NCBI GenBank assembly: GCA_963728405.1 | Contig: CAVSJV010000017.1 | Span: 64,001-128,000, forward strand | Source: Methanomassiliicoccaceae archaeon | GTDB taxonomy: Archaea > Thermoplasmatota > Thermoplasmata > Methanomassiliicoccales > Methanomassiliicoccaceae | Direction of reading: 5' to 3' | DNA length: 64,000 bases | In this document: positions 11,360 to 21,300 of the stretch, piece after piece | Layout: each line of letters opens with the position of its first letter | Numbering within the stretch: the stretch's first letter is position 1 | The notes under the pieces: generated by a model | Seen by the model: the letters and a program-made list of their open reading frames with translations, nothing else | The model's database searches: none | What the model was told of the DNA's origin: nothing | Position numbers and translations under genes: made by a program

Positions 11360-12376
11360 TCACTTGTTGATGCCCAGGGTGCGGTCGGTCTTCTGGATGG
11401 ACCGCATGGCGTCCGGCTCTAGCTTCATCATCGCCCGTATGCAGTCGACGCTCTCGGGGACGACGTCGCTCTCCTGGTGGATACCCTGGTAATAGTACAG
11501 AGTATTGCCGATGACCTTGACCCCGTCCTGCCAGACCACGATCTCCATGAAGTCACCGCGCTCGCGCTTCAGGTCCTTGGCCAGTTCGAGGATCTGAGCG
11601 GTGGTCTTGACCCCGTGCTTGCCGCTGACGAACTTGACCCTCGGAACATTGTCCCAGACCGCCAGAACATCCTGGTCCTTGGCCTTCTTCCTCAGGTCGG
11701 CCACGATGCAGTGGACATGCATGAGGGTGGTCGGGGCCTTCACCGCCATGGTGGTGATGTTGAGCCAGGGCATGATGGTCTGGACGTCCGGTCCGTGGTG
11801 GGTCGGAAGCTTCAACGACGGCTCGAGCGCGTTGAGGGCCGAGCCCTTTAGGTCCGATGGGTCTGCGCCCCTCCTCACGATGGTGGCAGAGACCCTCTCC
11901 AGCCCGAAGACCTTGTCCAGAGGGTAGAGCGTTCTCACCAGTCCGGTGGTGTTGCATGAGACAACGCGGACGAACTGCGCCCCCCAGGCCTCGTTATAAT
12001 TGGCAAAAGCGTTGAACGATATGCCTGCTAGACCATGGTCCTCTCCTCCCTGGAAGATCGCCTTCACTCCGGCCTTCTCGTACAGAACCTTGTAATCCTC
12101 GGCCACCCCGCCGGGAGTGGCATCCACCATGATGTCGACATTCTTCAGCAGGTCGTCGATGGTGCCCTCGACCTTGATGCCGTCCTTCTCGAAGGCCGTC
12201 ACCTGTTCGGTGTTGGCCGTGTAAAGAGGAAAACCCTCCATCCCCGCCAACCTAGCCTCATAGGATGGTCTGGTCTTGGTGACCCCCACGATCTCCATGT
12301 CGTCCTGGGCCTTGATCGCGCAGGCGACCCTCTTGCCGATGGTACCGTAACCGTTGATGCCAACTCTGACCTTCAT
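11360..12376 (-). CDS. gap: Type II (archaeal) glyceraldehyde-3-phosphate dehydrogenase
   Basis: INGYGTIGKRVA, RVVSCNTTGL, HHGPDV, HQESDVVPE. Confidence 0.97.
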   Translation of the reverse strand: MKVRVGINGYGTIGKRVACAIKAQDDMEIVGVTKTRPSYEARLAGMEGFPLYTANTEQVTAFEKDGIKVEGTIDDLLKNVDIMVDATPGGVAEDYKVLYEKAGVKAIFQGGEDHGLAGISFNAFANYNEAWGAQFVRVVSCNTTGLVRTLYPLDKVFGLERVSATIVRRGADPSDLKGSALNALEPSLKLPTHHGPDVQTIMPWLNITTMAVKAPTTLMHVHCIVADLRKKAKDQDVLAVWDNVPRVKFVSGKHGVKTTAQILELAKDLKRERGDFMEIVVWQDGVKVIGNTLYYYQGIHQESDVVPESVDCIRAMMKLEPDAMRSIQKTDRTLGINK

Positions 12377-12569
12377 GCTGTGGTCTCCGTCGAACCTGTC
12401 AATGTCATTGATTCATTATGTGCCTTGTGGTTAGCTACCACAGGGTCACGTGGACGGGATGCCGAAGTGACATAAAGAGATGTAGGACGTTGTCCTCGGT
12501 TCCAGCATTATGAGCGGAAAGATATCACTGCCACATGATAACACGTGTAATGTCAGGACCTCGCAATAC

Positions 12570-12577
12570 TTTATATA
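12570..12577 (+). promoter_or_regulatory. TATA box of the ilv operon
   Basis: TTTATATA ending 25 nt upstream of the leader ATG at 12602. Confidence 0.75.
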
Positions 12578-12601
12578 CATTCTCTATTATTTGGGAGACC
12601 A

Positions 12602-12673
12602 ATGCCTAGCGGTGCCACTAAAAGCTCCATCGTTTCTTCCGTTTTGAGCGTAGTGGTAGTATTGATTAGGTAG
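12602..12673 (+). CDS. Putative ilv leader peptide MPSGATKSSIVSSVLSVVVVLIR
   Basis: 10 of the last 14 codons are Val/Ile/Leu; ATG at the predicted TSS; followed by a hairpin at 12673-12699; directly upstream of ilvB. Confidence 0.72.
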   Translation: MPSGATKSSIVSSVLSVVVVLIR

Positions 12674-12721
12674 AGGCATCCAGCCGTTTGGGTGTCCTCA
12701 CACATTGTAAAGGGTGATTAG

Positions 12722-14392
12722 TTGAGAGGTTCTAAAGCAGTTCTCACATTACTGGAAAATGAAGGGGTCGAGGTCATGTTCGGGTACCCGGGGGGTTCTA
12801 CCCTCACGCTGTACGATGATCTGCTGACCTCAGATATACGGCACGTGCTGGTCCGCCACGAACAGTGCGCGGCCCACATGGCCGATGGATATGCCCGAGC
12901 GACCGGCAAGATCGGGGTGTGCACCTCGACCTCCGGACCGGGCTCCACCAACCTGGTGACCGGGGTCGCCACCGCCTATGTCGATTCATCGCCCATGCTC
13001 GTCCTCACTGGACAGGTCACCACCAGCGCGATAGGCAACCAGGCTTTCCAGGAGGCTGACTCGTTCTCGCTGATGATGCCCATCACCAAGCATAACTTCC
13101 GTGTTCTTACTCCCGGCGAGATCCCAGAGGCCATCAAGAGGGGTGTGGCCATAGCCAACAGCGGACGGAAGGGGCCGGTCCACATCGACCTACCATCGGA
13201 CGTCCAGAAGGCCGAGGTCCCCGAGTCGGAGATGGTCAAGGAATTCCCGTCCCCACCATCCCTGGAGGACTTCTCCAATCTCCCCGAGGCCATCAAGGTG
13301 CTCAAGGGCGCTGAGAGGCCGCTGCTCCTGGTGGGCGGAGGGGTCATCTGGGCCAACGCCAGCCAGGAGGTTGTCAGACTGGCAGAGATGCTCATGGCGC
13401 CGGTCACCACGACCATCATGGCCAAGGGGGTCATCCCCGAGAACCATCCGCTCTCCCTGGGAATCATCGGCATGCATGGAAAGGAGTCGGCCCGCAAGGC
13501 GTTCCTGGAAGCGGACGTCATCCTAGCGGTCGGCACGCGCTTCTCCGACCGCAGTTCCGGCGCGCAATCCGAGCTGCCCATGTCCACGAAGATCATTCAC
13601 GTCGACATCGATCCCGGTGAAGCGGGCAAGTCCGCCCGCACCCAAGTGCGCATGGTCGGTGACGCCAAGAAGGCGCTACAGCTCATCATAGAGGGCCTTT
13701 ACGCTACCAAAGGCGAGACCGCCTGGTCCCTACGCATCAAGGAGATTCTGAAGAACTGCGACTGTGACATTGATATCTCTTCGTCGCCGGTCCTTCCGCA
13801 GTTCGCCATCTGCGAGCTGAACCGCTCCCTGCCGAAGGATGCTATCGTCTGCACCGAGGTCGGGCAGAATCAGATGTGGGCGGCCCACTTCTTCAAGGCC
13901 CGCTACCCGCGGCAGTTCATCACCTCCGGCGGGTTCGGCACGATGGGATTCGGATTCCCTGCATCGCTCGGGGCTAAGACCGCCTTCCCCAACAAGGCGG
14001 TCATCGATATCGCCGGCGACGGCAGCATCCAGATGGTCTCCCATGAGTTCGCCACGGCCGTCTCCGAGAACCTGCCGGTCGTGGTCTGCGTCTTCAACAA
14101 TGGATGGCTCGGGATGGTCAAGCAGTGGCAGAAGCTGTTCAACCAGTCCCGGTACAGCGGCACAGAACTGCGCAACAACCCAGACTTCGTCAAGCTCGCC
14201 CAAGCCTACGGCGCGGACGGGCTGCATGTCGAGCGCTCCTCGGAGCTGAGAGAAGCGCTACATACCGGCCTCAATGCAGGAGTGCCGTTCCTTTTAGATA
14301 TCCACATGGACCCCGAGGAGGACGTCCTCCCGATGATCCCCCCGGGCGCAAACCCCAACACAGTCATAAGAGGTAGGTGCACATGGAAGTGA
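12722..14392 (+). CDS. ilvB: Acetolactate synthase large subunit
   Basis: FGYPGG, RHEQ, TSGPG, AFQE, GDGS...NNGWLGMVKQWQ; TTG start with AGGGTGA Shine-Dalgarno. Confidence 0.97.
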   Translation: MRGSKAVLTLLENEGVEVMFGYPGGSTLTLYDDLLTSDIRHVLVRHEQCAAHMADGYARATGKIGVCTSTSGPGSTNLVTGVATAYVDSSPMLVLTGQVTTSAIGNQAFQEADSFSLMMPITKHNFRVLTPGEIPEAIKRGVAIANSGRKGPVHIDLPSDVQKAEVPESEMVKEFPSPPSLEDFSNLPEAIKVLKGAERPLLLVGGGVIWANASQEVVRLAEMLMAPVTTTIMAKGVIPENHPLSLGIIGMHGKESARKAFLEADVILAVGTRFSDRSSGAQSELPMSTKIIHVDIDPGEAGKSARTQVRMVGDAKKALQLIIEGLYATKGETAWSLRIKEILKNCDCDIDISSSPVLPQFAICELNRSLPKDAIVCTEVGQNQMWAAHFFKARYPRQFITSGGFGTMGFGFPASLGAKTAFPNKAVIDIAGDGSIQMVSHEFATAVSENLPVVVCVFNNGWLGMVKQWQKLFNQSRYSGTELRNNPDFVKLAQAYGADGLHVERSSELREALHTGLNAGVPFLLDIHMDPEEDVLPMIPPGANPNTVIRGRCTWK

Positions 14393-14751
14393 TAAAGATA
14401 GTCGGAAACGACTCACAGGGCCTGTTCCAGAGGGTCCTGGTGGAGCTCGGAAGAAGGAAGATAAACATTGAGAAGTCGTTCATGGCTCGGAACAAGGGTC
14501 TGATCACCATCATCGTGGAAGCGAACACCGGCAACATGAACGGACGACTACTGCACGCCCTCATGGCGCTACACGATGTGAACACGGCAGAATATCTCAC
14601 CGAGGACTACTTCTGCTTCTGGGAATCGTCCCCCAGCAAGGGCTCCGATTTCATCATCGCCTGTGGTGCCGATAAGGATGCTGGCGAGATGCGCCGGACG
14701 GCCGAACAATGCTTATACAGGGGCACAGATAACAGCGAGAAAAACTCGTAG
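14383..14751 (+). CDS. Divergent ACT-domain protein, probable acetolactate synthase regulatory subunit
   Basis: Lies between ilvB and ilvC; ACT-like DSQGLFQRVLVELGRRKINIE. Confidence 0.65.
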   Translation: MEVIKIVGNDSQGLFQRVLVELGRRKINIEKSFMARNKGLITIIVEANTGNMNGRLLHALMALHDVNTAEYLTEDYFCFWESSPSKGSDFIIACGADKDAGEMRRTAEQCLYRGTDNSEKNS

Positions 14752-14762
14752 GAGCCGGTAAC

Positions 14763-15755
14763 ATGGTTACTAAGATCTATCACGATTCCGACGCTGACTT
14801 GGACATATTGAAGGGCAAGAAGATCGCCGTCATCGGCTATGGGAACCAGGGCCGCGCCCAGGCGCTGTGCCTGCACGACTCCGGCCTCAACGTTACCGTA
14901 GGCGCTCGGAAAGGCGGGGAATCCTGGGACATGGCTCAGGCCGATGGCCTGAAGGTCGCCGAGATCCCCGAGGCGGTCAAGGGCGCGGACGTGGTCATGA
15001 TCCTGCTGCCGGACGAGGTCCAGCCCCGGGTGTACAAGGAGCAGATCGCTCCCCACCTGAAGGAAGGCGCTGCCCTGGAGTTCGCTCATGGGTTCGCTAT
15101 CACTTTCAAGCTCATCGCCCCGCCCAAGGACACCGACGTTATCATGGTCGCTCCCAAGTCCCCCGGCCGCATGGTTCGGCAGACCTATCTGGAAGGGTTC
15201 GGGGTGCCGTCGCTCATAGCCGTGGAAAAGGATGCGTCCGGCAAGGCCAAGAAGATCGCCCTGGCATTGGCCAAGGGACTGGGCTCTACCAAGGCCGGCG
15301 TGCTGGAGACCGACTTCCGTGAGGAGGCGACCTCCGATCTGTTCGGCGAGCAGGCCGTGCTGTGCGGCGGAGTGACCGCGCTGATCGAGGCCGGGTTCGA
15401 TACCCTGATTAAGGCAGGCTACAAGCCAGAGATCGCCTATTTCGAGGTACTGCACGAGCTGAAGCTCATCGTCGACCTCATCCAGGCCGGCGGCATGATG
15501 CACATGTGGGACTCCGTTTCCAACACCGCCGAGTACGGCGGGCTGACCCGCCGGGACATGGTCATCAACGAGGACTCCAAGAAGGCCATGAAGAAGATCC
15601 TCGACGATATCAACTCCGGCAAGTTCGCCGAGGAGTGGACCAAGGAGTGGACCGTCGACCTGGCCAACATGAAGAAGCTCGAGAAGGAGGAGTCGGAGAA
15701 GCAGGTCGAGAAGGTCGGCAAGGAGATCCGCTGCCTCTTCGAGCGCAAGTGCTAA
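14763..15755 (+). CDS. ilvC: Ketol-acid reductoisomerase
   Basis: IGYGNQG, APKSPG, DLFGEQAVLCGG, SNTAEYG. Confidence 0.98.
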   Translation: MVTKIYHDSDADLDILKGKKIAVIGYGNQGRAQALCLHDSGLNVTVGARKGGESWDMAQADGLKVAEIPEAVKGADVVMILLPDEVQPRVYKEQIAPHLKEGAALEFAHGFAITFKLIAPPKDTDVIMVAPKSPGRMVRQTYLEGFGVPSLIAVEKDASGKAKKIALALAKGLGSTKAGVLETDFREEATSDLFGEQAVLCGGVTALIEAGFDTLIKAGYKPEIAYFEVLHELKLIVDLIQAGGMMHMWDSVSNTAEYGGLTRRDMVINEDSKKAMKKILDDINSGKFAEEWTKEWTVDLANMKKLEKEESEKQVEKVGKEIRCLFERKC

Positions 15756-15952
15756 ACCCCTTCCCTACCTCAATCTTTTCATTTTATTCTTTTCAAGCGG
15801 AAATAGCCAGAGGGGGCGAGATCTCGAAACGCGCCCCTGACCTTTGGTCCTGATCGCACGGATCCTCATTTCAGTAAGGTTCCTGACATTGGTTGTTCCT
15901 CCCGATGGCGGAAAAGGATAACTAGGGGCCGGTCGTTCAATCAGACGAGAGC

Positions 15953-16324
15953 ATGGGCAACCGCATTCTCCTTCTCATCGGCCAGTACGACTTCGAGGTA
16001 GATCTCAATGATTCGGACACGGCCAATGCCATATGGCTGGCCGCTCCGTTCGAGGCCTACACCAATGCCTGGGGTGAGGAGATATACTTCGAGATCCCGG
16101 TGAACACCAAGCTGGAGAACGGCCGCAAGGTCCTGGAGCCGGGCGAAGTAGCGTACTGGCCCAGCGGCAAGGCGCTGTGCATCTTCTTCGGACCTACACC
16201 CATAAGCAAGGGAGCGGAGGCCGAGGCCATCTCCGATGTCTCCCCGGTCGGCCGTTTGGTGGGCGACCCGCGCCGGTTCGAGGCAGTAGGCGACCGGCTC
16301 AAGGTGCTGGTACGCCGGGCGTGA
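15953..16324 (+). CDS. Cyclophilin-like fold protein (DUF369 / AF2241-like)
   Basis: WGEEIYF, GEVAYWP.GKALCIFFGPTP. Confidence 0.8.
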   Translation: MGNRILLLIGQYDFEVDLNDSDTANAIWLAAPFEAYTNAWGEEIYFEIPVNTKLENGRKVLEPGEVAYWPSGKALCIFFGPTPISKGAEAEAISDVSPVGRLVGDPRRFEAVGDRLKVLVRRA

Positions 16325-16335
16325 CGGTGAACATT

Positions 16336-16858
16336 ATGGAACCTGTGTCGTTTCTATCCTTCTTGCTACCTCTGCTGCCCTCGAAAAAGGAGAGCGGTCT
16401 GGTCAATAAGAACGACCACGTCATCTTTTCAGTGACCGGGACGATCGGCGAGAAGAAGGTGCAGGGCGCGCTGGGCCTGCGGTTCGTGGCCGTGAAGGAC
16501 CTGGAGCTGATGGTCGAGGTCATGCCCAAGAGCGTGCCGTTCATGAACCGCGCCCGCCTGACCTTTCCCTGGAACGGTAGTGAGCTTTCAGACCTCGGGG
16601 GCATCATCGCCGGCTGGTCCGTTCTCCACGAGGGCGAGCGGCTGGGAAAGGAGGTCATCTCCACTCCCTTCGGACCGCGGGAGGTAGAGCACTACATGCG
16701 CATCGAGCAGCTGGAGAACGGCACCCTGAAGAGCGACCAATTTGTCGATCCGGTGCACCACCTGCCCTACGGCGCGAGGATGTCCGGCAAGAGCGGGGAC
16801 AGTCCTGTTCGGCATCATCGAGACCAGCCTGGGCTGGGTCAAGGAGAGCAAGACCTAG
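16336..16858 (+). CDS. Hypothetical protein (frameshift near the 3' end)
   Basis: GGTGA Shine-Dalgarno before ATG 16336; host-like codons; the alternative frame ends at TAG 16858. Confidence 0.5.
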
Positions 16859-16876
16859 GATGGCTCGTCCCTCGGC

Positions 16877-18235
16877 CTACTTACTACCAACCACCTCGAA
16901 GCCGTCGAACGCCATGGTCGGGATGATCATCGAACCGACCGTTACCGCATCGGCGCCGACCTCTCGGACGTTCTTCAGGCCCTCGTACATGTTCCCGACC
17001 ACCAGGGCGTGCTTGATATGCCCGACGATCGAGCCGCCCTTGATCACGTGGGCCAGGCGGGCCTCCAGGGCGAACGCCCCCGAGAACGGGTTGACCGTGG
17101 GGTAGGCGAACTTCTCGACCAGGACACCTTCGTCCAGGGAGGAGATCATCTGCTCACGGGACCGGGTTCCGGGCTTTACCACCAGGTTCAAGTGGCCGCA
17201 TCCTAAGGGGCTCTGGAACAAGTACTGGGCGTCGGTGGCCCTTCGGCGCATGCCGTTGCCTGAAAGGGGCCGGGAGGCGATAGCAGCGTTATAGCTGTCG
17301 TACAAGAAGTTCCTCAGCACACCGTTGTCCACCACCGGTTTTACGCTAGCGGGGACGCCCTCGTCATCATAGGCCGCCGATAGAACGCCTCTCGGATCGG
17401 AGGGATCGTCCATCAGGGTGAGCTTTTCCGACGCGACCTGCTTTCCTTCCATGCTGCCCCAGGGGCTGCGCTTCTTATTGACGCTCTCCGCACTTAGAGC
17501 GAACCCGGCAGAGTCGTTGAGCATCTCGCCTAGCTCGCCGGGTGTGATGAGCACGGGGACATTTAGCTTACCGTCCAGGGAACGGGCCTCCCGAGCGTCC
17601 TTGGCCTGACGGGCCAGGCTCTCTCCGATGAACGACGGATCAAAACCTTTCAGCCATGGCGAGCTGTAGTTGCAGATGCCCTCGCCGGGGGATGGTCCCT
17701 CGGCCATGGCGTTGAGGTCGGCGAACACTAGCGTGCTGCGGTGGGTGACCTCCAGATCGTTGGTGTTCATGACCGTCGATTCGATGGCGGCCGTCCGAAG
17801 CATGGCCTTGGGCACCTTGGCCCCATGGTCCAGGGCCACCGCCACCACTGCCTTCATGAGTTCGGCTAGGGCCACCGGATCGGTCGAGGCGACCTGCTCA
17901 TCCCAGTTGCTGACGGAAATTTTCGCCTTGGACGGGGAGGGAAGACGTTCATAGTTGCGGGTCTGCGGAGAGCGTTCCGCCAACATTGAGGCGGAGCGGG
18001 CGCAGGCCTCGGCCTCTTCCACCGTCGAGCAGGACGAGGTGGCCTGGGCGAGCTTATGTCCTTTGAGCACTCGCATGGCTATTCCCTGATCGGCCTTCTC
18101 CTCGCTGATCTTGATGCGGCTGTCGTCCACGTACACGATCCTGGTGACCGCACTGACGGCGAACGCCTCGGCCTGGGAGGCGCCCTCCCGCTTGGCGGTG
18201 GCTAAAGCCTTTCGAGCCAATGCCCTGATGTCCAT
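16877..18235 (-). CDS. PmbA/TldE family protein
   Basis: AEAF, DDEGVP, LYDSYNA, GNG..R; coupled to tldD. Confidence 0.9.
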   Translation of the reverse strand: MDIRALARKALATAKREGASQAEAFAVSAVTRIVYVDDSRIKISEEKADQGIAMRVLKGHKLAQATSSCSTVEEAEACARSASMLAERSPQTRNYERLPSPSKAKISVSNWDEQVASTDPVALAELMKAVVAVALDHGAKVPKAMLRTAAIESTVMNTNDLEVTHRSTLVFADLNAMAEGPSPGEGICNYSSPWLKGFDPSFIGESLARQAKDAREARSLDGKLNVPVLITPGELGEMLNDSAGFALSAESVNKKRSPWGSMEGKQVASEKLTLMDDPSDPRGVLSAAYDDEGVPASVKPVVDNGVLRNFLYDSYNAAIASRPLSGNGMRRRATDAQYLFQSPLGCGHLNLVVKPGTRSREQMISSLDEGVLVEKFAYPTVNPFSGAFALEARLAHVIKGGSIVGHIKHALVVGNMYEGLKNVREVGADAVTVGSMIIPTMAFDGFEVVGSK

Positions 18236-19612
18236 TCAATCACCCCCGGCGATGATCTTGGAACGACAATACGGACCGCCCGATGTGACCGGTACGTAGT
18301 CCTCCGAGCCCTTGCCGCACTGCCCAGCGTCCAACGAGAGCTTGTTGCCCACCGCATCGGTCGTCTTGAGAATGTCCAGAGCCTTGCCGGTAAGAGTTAT
18401 CGCGCGCAGCGGCTTGGTGATCTTGCCGTTCTCGATAAGGAAGCCGCGATGAGCCTTGGCCTCGAACCCTCCTCCCACGGGGTCCTCCATGCCGTTCACG
18501 AACTTGTCGGTCAGGATGCCGAACTTGACGTCCTCAAGCATCTCCTCCAGCTTCCAGTCGCCCGCCTCGAAGAAAGTGTTGGTCATGCGGACCCACATGC
18601 GCCGGCCGAAATCCTGAGCTCGGCCGTTGCCGGTCGATGGGACGCCCATCTCCGCCCCGGTCTCCAGGTTCTGCATGTATCCGGTGTACACGCCGTCCTT
18701 GATGATGACCGTCCTCGAGGTGGGGGTGCCCTCGTCGTCGAACTGCAAGGAGCCGTACGCGCCCTCCACCTTGCCGTCGTCGATCATGGTGATCTGCTCG
18801 TTGGCTACGACCTTGCCCACCTGCCCGCAGAGGAACGAACGGTTCTTGACGACCTCGTCCGCTTCCGATGCGTGGCCCATGACCTCATGGGCCAGCAACC
18901 CGGTGATCTCCGGGTCGGTGATGCAGGTGACCAGCCCCGAGGGAGGTTTGATCGCGCCCAGCTGGACGATGGCCTCCTTGGCCGAGGTTCTCCCCATCTC
19001 GTTAGGGTCCTGCTGCTGGATCAGCTCCATGCCCCTGGTCCCGGCCACTCCCTGCCGGTACGACTCCATGCGCCCGGCGTCCGCGGCGACGGTCTGGGCG
19101 ATCAGCCGGATGCGGCCGTCCTCCCAGCGGAGGTCGGAGCCGAAGGAGTTGACCAACGTGGTGGTCCGCATGCTCTCGACATAGATGGCATTGGTATTGA
19201 CGATCTTGTCCGAGATACGCTGCGCCTCGTCCAGGTCCCTGACCAGGGCCAGCTTTTCTTCCACCGGGATGGAGGATGGCAGGATACGCATCTTCGCCTT
19301 GTGCTCACCGGTGTGCGCTGGCTGCTCCAGGATCGCTCGTCCTTGTCCGCTGCCGTTCCGGGCGGACCGGACCGCCTGCCTGGCCATCTCGGCGATGGCG
19401 TGGTTGTCGGCCCGCCCGCCGGAGACAAAACCCCATGAGCCCCCCACCCGTGCCCGCAGACCGATGCCGTTCAGGCGGTTGGTGGACAACGTTCTCAGCT
19501 CCTTGTTGGAAACGGATATCAACAGCGCCGAGGTATCCTGGTACCTCGCATCGCAGAACTCTGCGCCCTCGTCCTGCATGATCCTTACCGCTTTCTTCAG
19601 CTCGTCCTGCAT
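18236..19612 (-). CDS. tldD: TldD family metalloprotease
   Basis: HEVMGH..EAD, DDEG, GNGRAQ, RMTNT, CGKG. Confidence 0.93.
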   Translation of the reverse strand: MQDELKKAVRIMQDEGAEFCDARYQDTSALLISVSNKELRTLSTNRLNGIGLRARVGGSWGFVSGGRADNHAIAEMARQAVRSARNGSGQGRAILEQPAHTGEHKAKMRILPSSIPVEEKLALVRDLDEAQRISDKIVNTNAIYVESMRTTTLVNSFGSDLRWEDGRIRLIAQTVAADAGRMESYRQGVAGTRGMELIQQQDPNEMGRTSAKEAIVQLGAIKPPSGLVTCITDPEITGLLAHEVMGHASEADEVVKNRSFLCGQVGKVVANEQITMIDDGKVEGAYGSLQFDDEGTPTSRTVIIKDGVYTGYMQNLETGAEMGVPSTGNGRAQDFGRRMWVRMTNTFFEAGDWKLEEMLEDVKFGILTDKFVNGMEDPVGGGFEAKAHRGFLIENGKITKPLRAITLTGKALDILKTTDAVGNKLSLDAGQCGKGSEDYVPVTSGGPYCRSKIIAGGD

Positions 19613-20700
19613 TAGATCACCCTCAATTCCTTCTTCGCCGTGGTGAGCACTTCGCATCCTCCCTTGGTAACGCGAACATCATCCTCGATCCGGACCCCGC
19701 CGACCCCCGGAACGTACACCCCGGGCTCGACGGTCATGATCATGTTCTCCTCCAGAGTAATATCGATGTTCGGCGCCAGCCTCCCCCCATCATGAACGGC
19801 AAGGCCAAGACCGTGCCCGGTGGAGTGGATGAGCGCCCCTTTGAACTCCGTGGAGTCTATATACGAACGGGCCGCGGCGTCGACCGCCGTGCCCTTGACC
19901 CCGACGCGCACCTCCGCGATGGCCCTCCTCTGCGCTTCCAGCACCACCTCGTACATCCGCTTGAAACGTTCATCCACCTTTCCGACAAAGAAGGTCCTGG
20001 TCATGTCCGAACAGTACCGCCGGACCTTGCAGCCAAAGTCGAACAGGGCGGGGTCCCCGTCCTTCAGTCGACGGTCCCCCGGCGAGTAATGCGGCTCCGC
20101 CGAACTGGGACCGAAGGCGGCGATGGTCTCGAACGAGACCGAAGAGGCACCCAGCTTCTGCATGCGGTAGCCGATCTCCGCTCCGGCCTCGTACTCGGTC
20201 ATGCCGATATTTAGGAAATCGGGGATCTGGTCCCCGACCTTGGAAGCAATTCGGCAGGCATCCCGGATGGCCTCGATCTCCTGCATGTCCTTGATCATCC
20301 TGGCCTGGGCCACGGCCCTCTCCACATCGACCAGTCGGGCGGCCGGGGCGCACCTCTCGATCTCCTTGACCCAGTGGTAGGTGATGCCGGAACCGTTGAT
20401 GCCCAGCCGCTTCACTCCCTTCAGCGACCGCTCAAGAATAGCGTTCCTCTCTGCAGCGGTGGCGAAAGGCAGTACCTCGGCCGTGGTGGTGCGGGCGGTC
20501 GTCTCCTCCAACCGGGAGGTGATGAGCTGCATTTTTCCGTCGGGCCAGAGGATGACGGGGCAGTGCTCGAACAGCCCGGAAGTGGCGCCGGTGGCGTAGA
20601 AGAACGATGCGTCGGTGATGGGGTCCTCCTCATTGACGAGCAGTATAGCGTCCACCGGTTCGGTGAGCTTGGAGAAGATGCGAAGGGCTCGTTCGGTCAT
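19612..20700 (-). CDS. pepQ: Xaa-Pro peptidase (M24B)
   Basis: DFG...YCSDMTRT, HSTGHGLG, TVEPGVY, GVRIEDD. Confidence 0.92.
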   Translation of the reverse strand: MTERALRIFSKLTEPVDAILLVNEEDPITDASFFYATGATSGLFEHCPVILWPDGKMQLITSRLEETTARTTTAEVLPFATAAERNAILERSLKGVKRLGINGSGITYHWVKEIERCAPAARLVDVERAVAQARMIKDMQEIEAIRDACRIASKVGDQIPDFLNIGMTEYEAGAEIGYRMQKLGASSVSFETIAAFGPSSAEPHYSPGDRRLKDGDPALFDFGCKVRRYCSDMTRTFFVGKVDERFKRMYEVVLEAQRRAIAEVRVGVKGTAVDAAARSYIDSTEFKGALIHSTGHGLGLAVHDGGRLAPNIDITLEENMIMTVEPGVYVPGVGGVRIEDDVRVTKGGCEVLTTAKKELRVI

Positions 20701-20956
20701 GGTGATACCTAACTCCAGAAAGTTTACTCGGGCGATAAAACTGCTGTTTGCTTTCGCTCTCGACCGCGCGCTTCCAAATCGACGACATTCTGGGCGGAAG
20801 ATGATGCAAAAGATATCGACCATATAATGGGCGCCGTCATTGTTGCGGAGCCGTGGCTCGTCTCAGGACCATGAAGCATGCAGTTGACAGAAATGATTTT
20901 TTTCCATACTTTCAAATATCACAAAATGTTGTAACTTTTAGAATAAGGTGAATCAC

Positions 20957-21265
20957 ATGGTCACACTTGGTACCACTTTCGAGGATCTTGACAACGAGCT
21001 GGAGAGCATGCTGGACATGGTGTCCGAAGCTCTGGACCTGATGGAAAAGAACAAGAAGGAAGAGGCCATGGAAGTCCTGGCCGACCTCGAGGACGCCCTC
21101 CTAGATTTCCTGGACTACGAAGAGGTTGAGGAAGAGGCTGAGGTCGCTGAGATCGTAATCGAGGAGCCTAAGAAGGCCGCTGCCCCCAAGAAGGCACCCA
21201 CCAAGGCCGCCCCGAAGAAGGCTGCGCCGGCCAAGAAGGCCGCCGCCAAGCCCAAGAAGAAGTAA
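20957..21265 (+). CDS. Small protein with an acidic N-terminus and a Lys/Ala/Pro (histone H1-like) tail
   Basis: AGGTGA Shine-Dalgarno, AT-rich promoter, biased codons; tail KKAAAPKKAPTKAAPKKAAPAKKAAAKPKKK; hairpin TCGGCC-TCAC-GGCCGA after the stop. Confidence 0.8.
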   Translation: MVTLGTTFEDLDNELESMLDMVSEALDLMEKNKKEEAMEVLADLEDALLDFLDYEEVEEEAEVAEIVIEEPKKAAAPKKAPTKAAPKKAAPAKKAAAKPKKK

Positions 21266-21300
21266 AACCCCTTCGGCCTCACGGCCGATATTCTTGTTTT

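Noticed and set aside
17009-19646. Long antisense and alternate-frame ORFs (e.g. 18449-19438; also 14607-15503, 50723-51910 and 61982-62914 elsewhere)
   Set aside because: They are shadow ORFs of high-GC3 genes with no motifs of their own.
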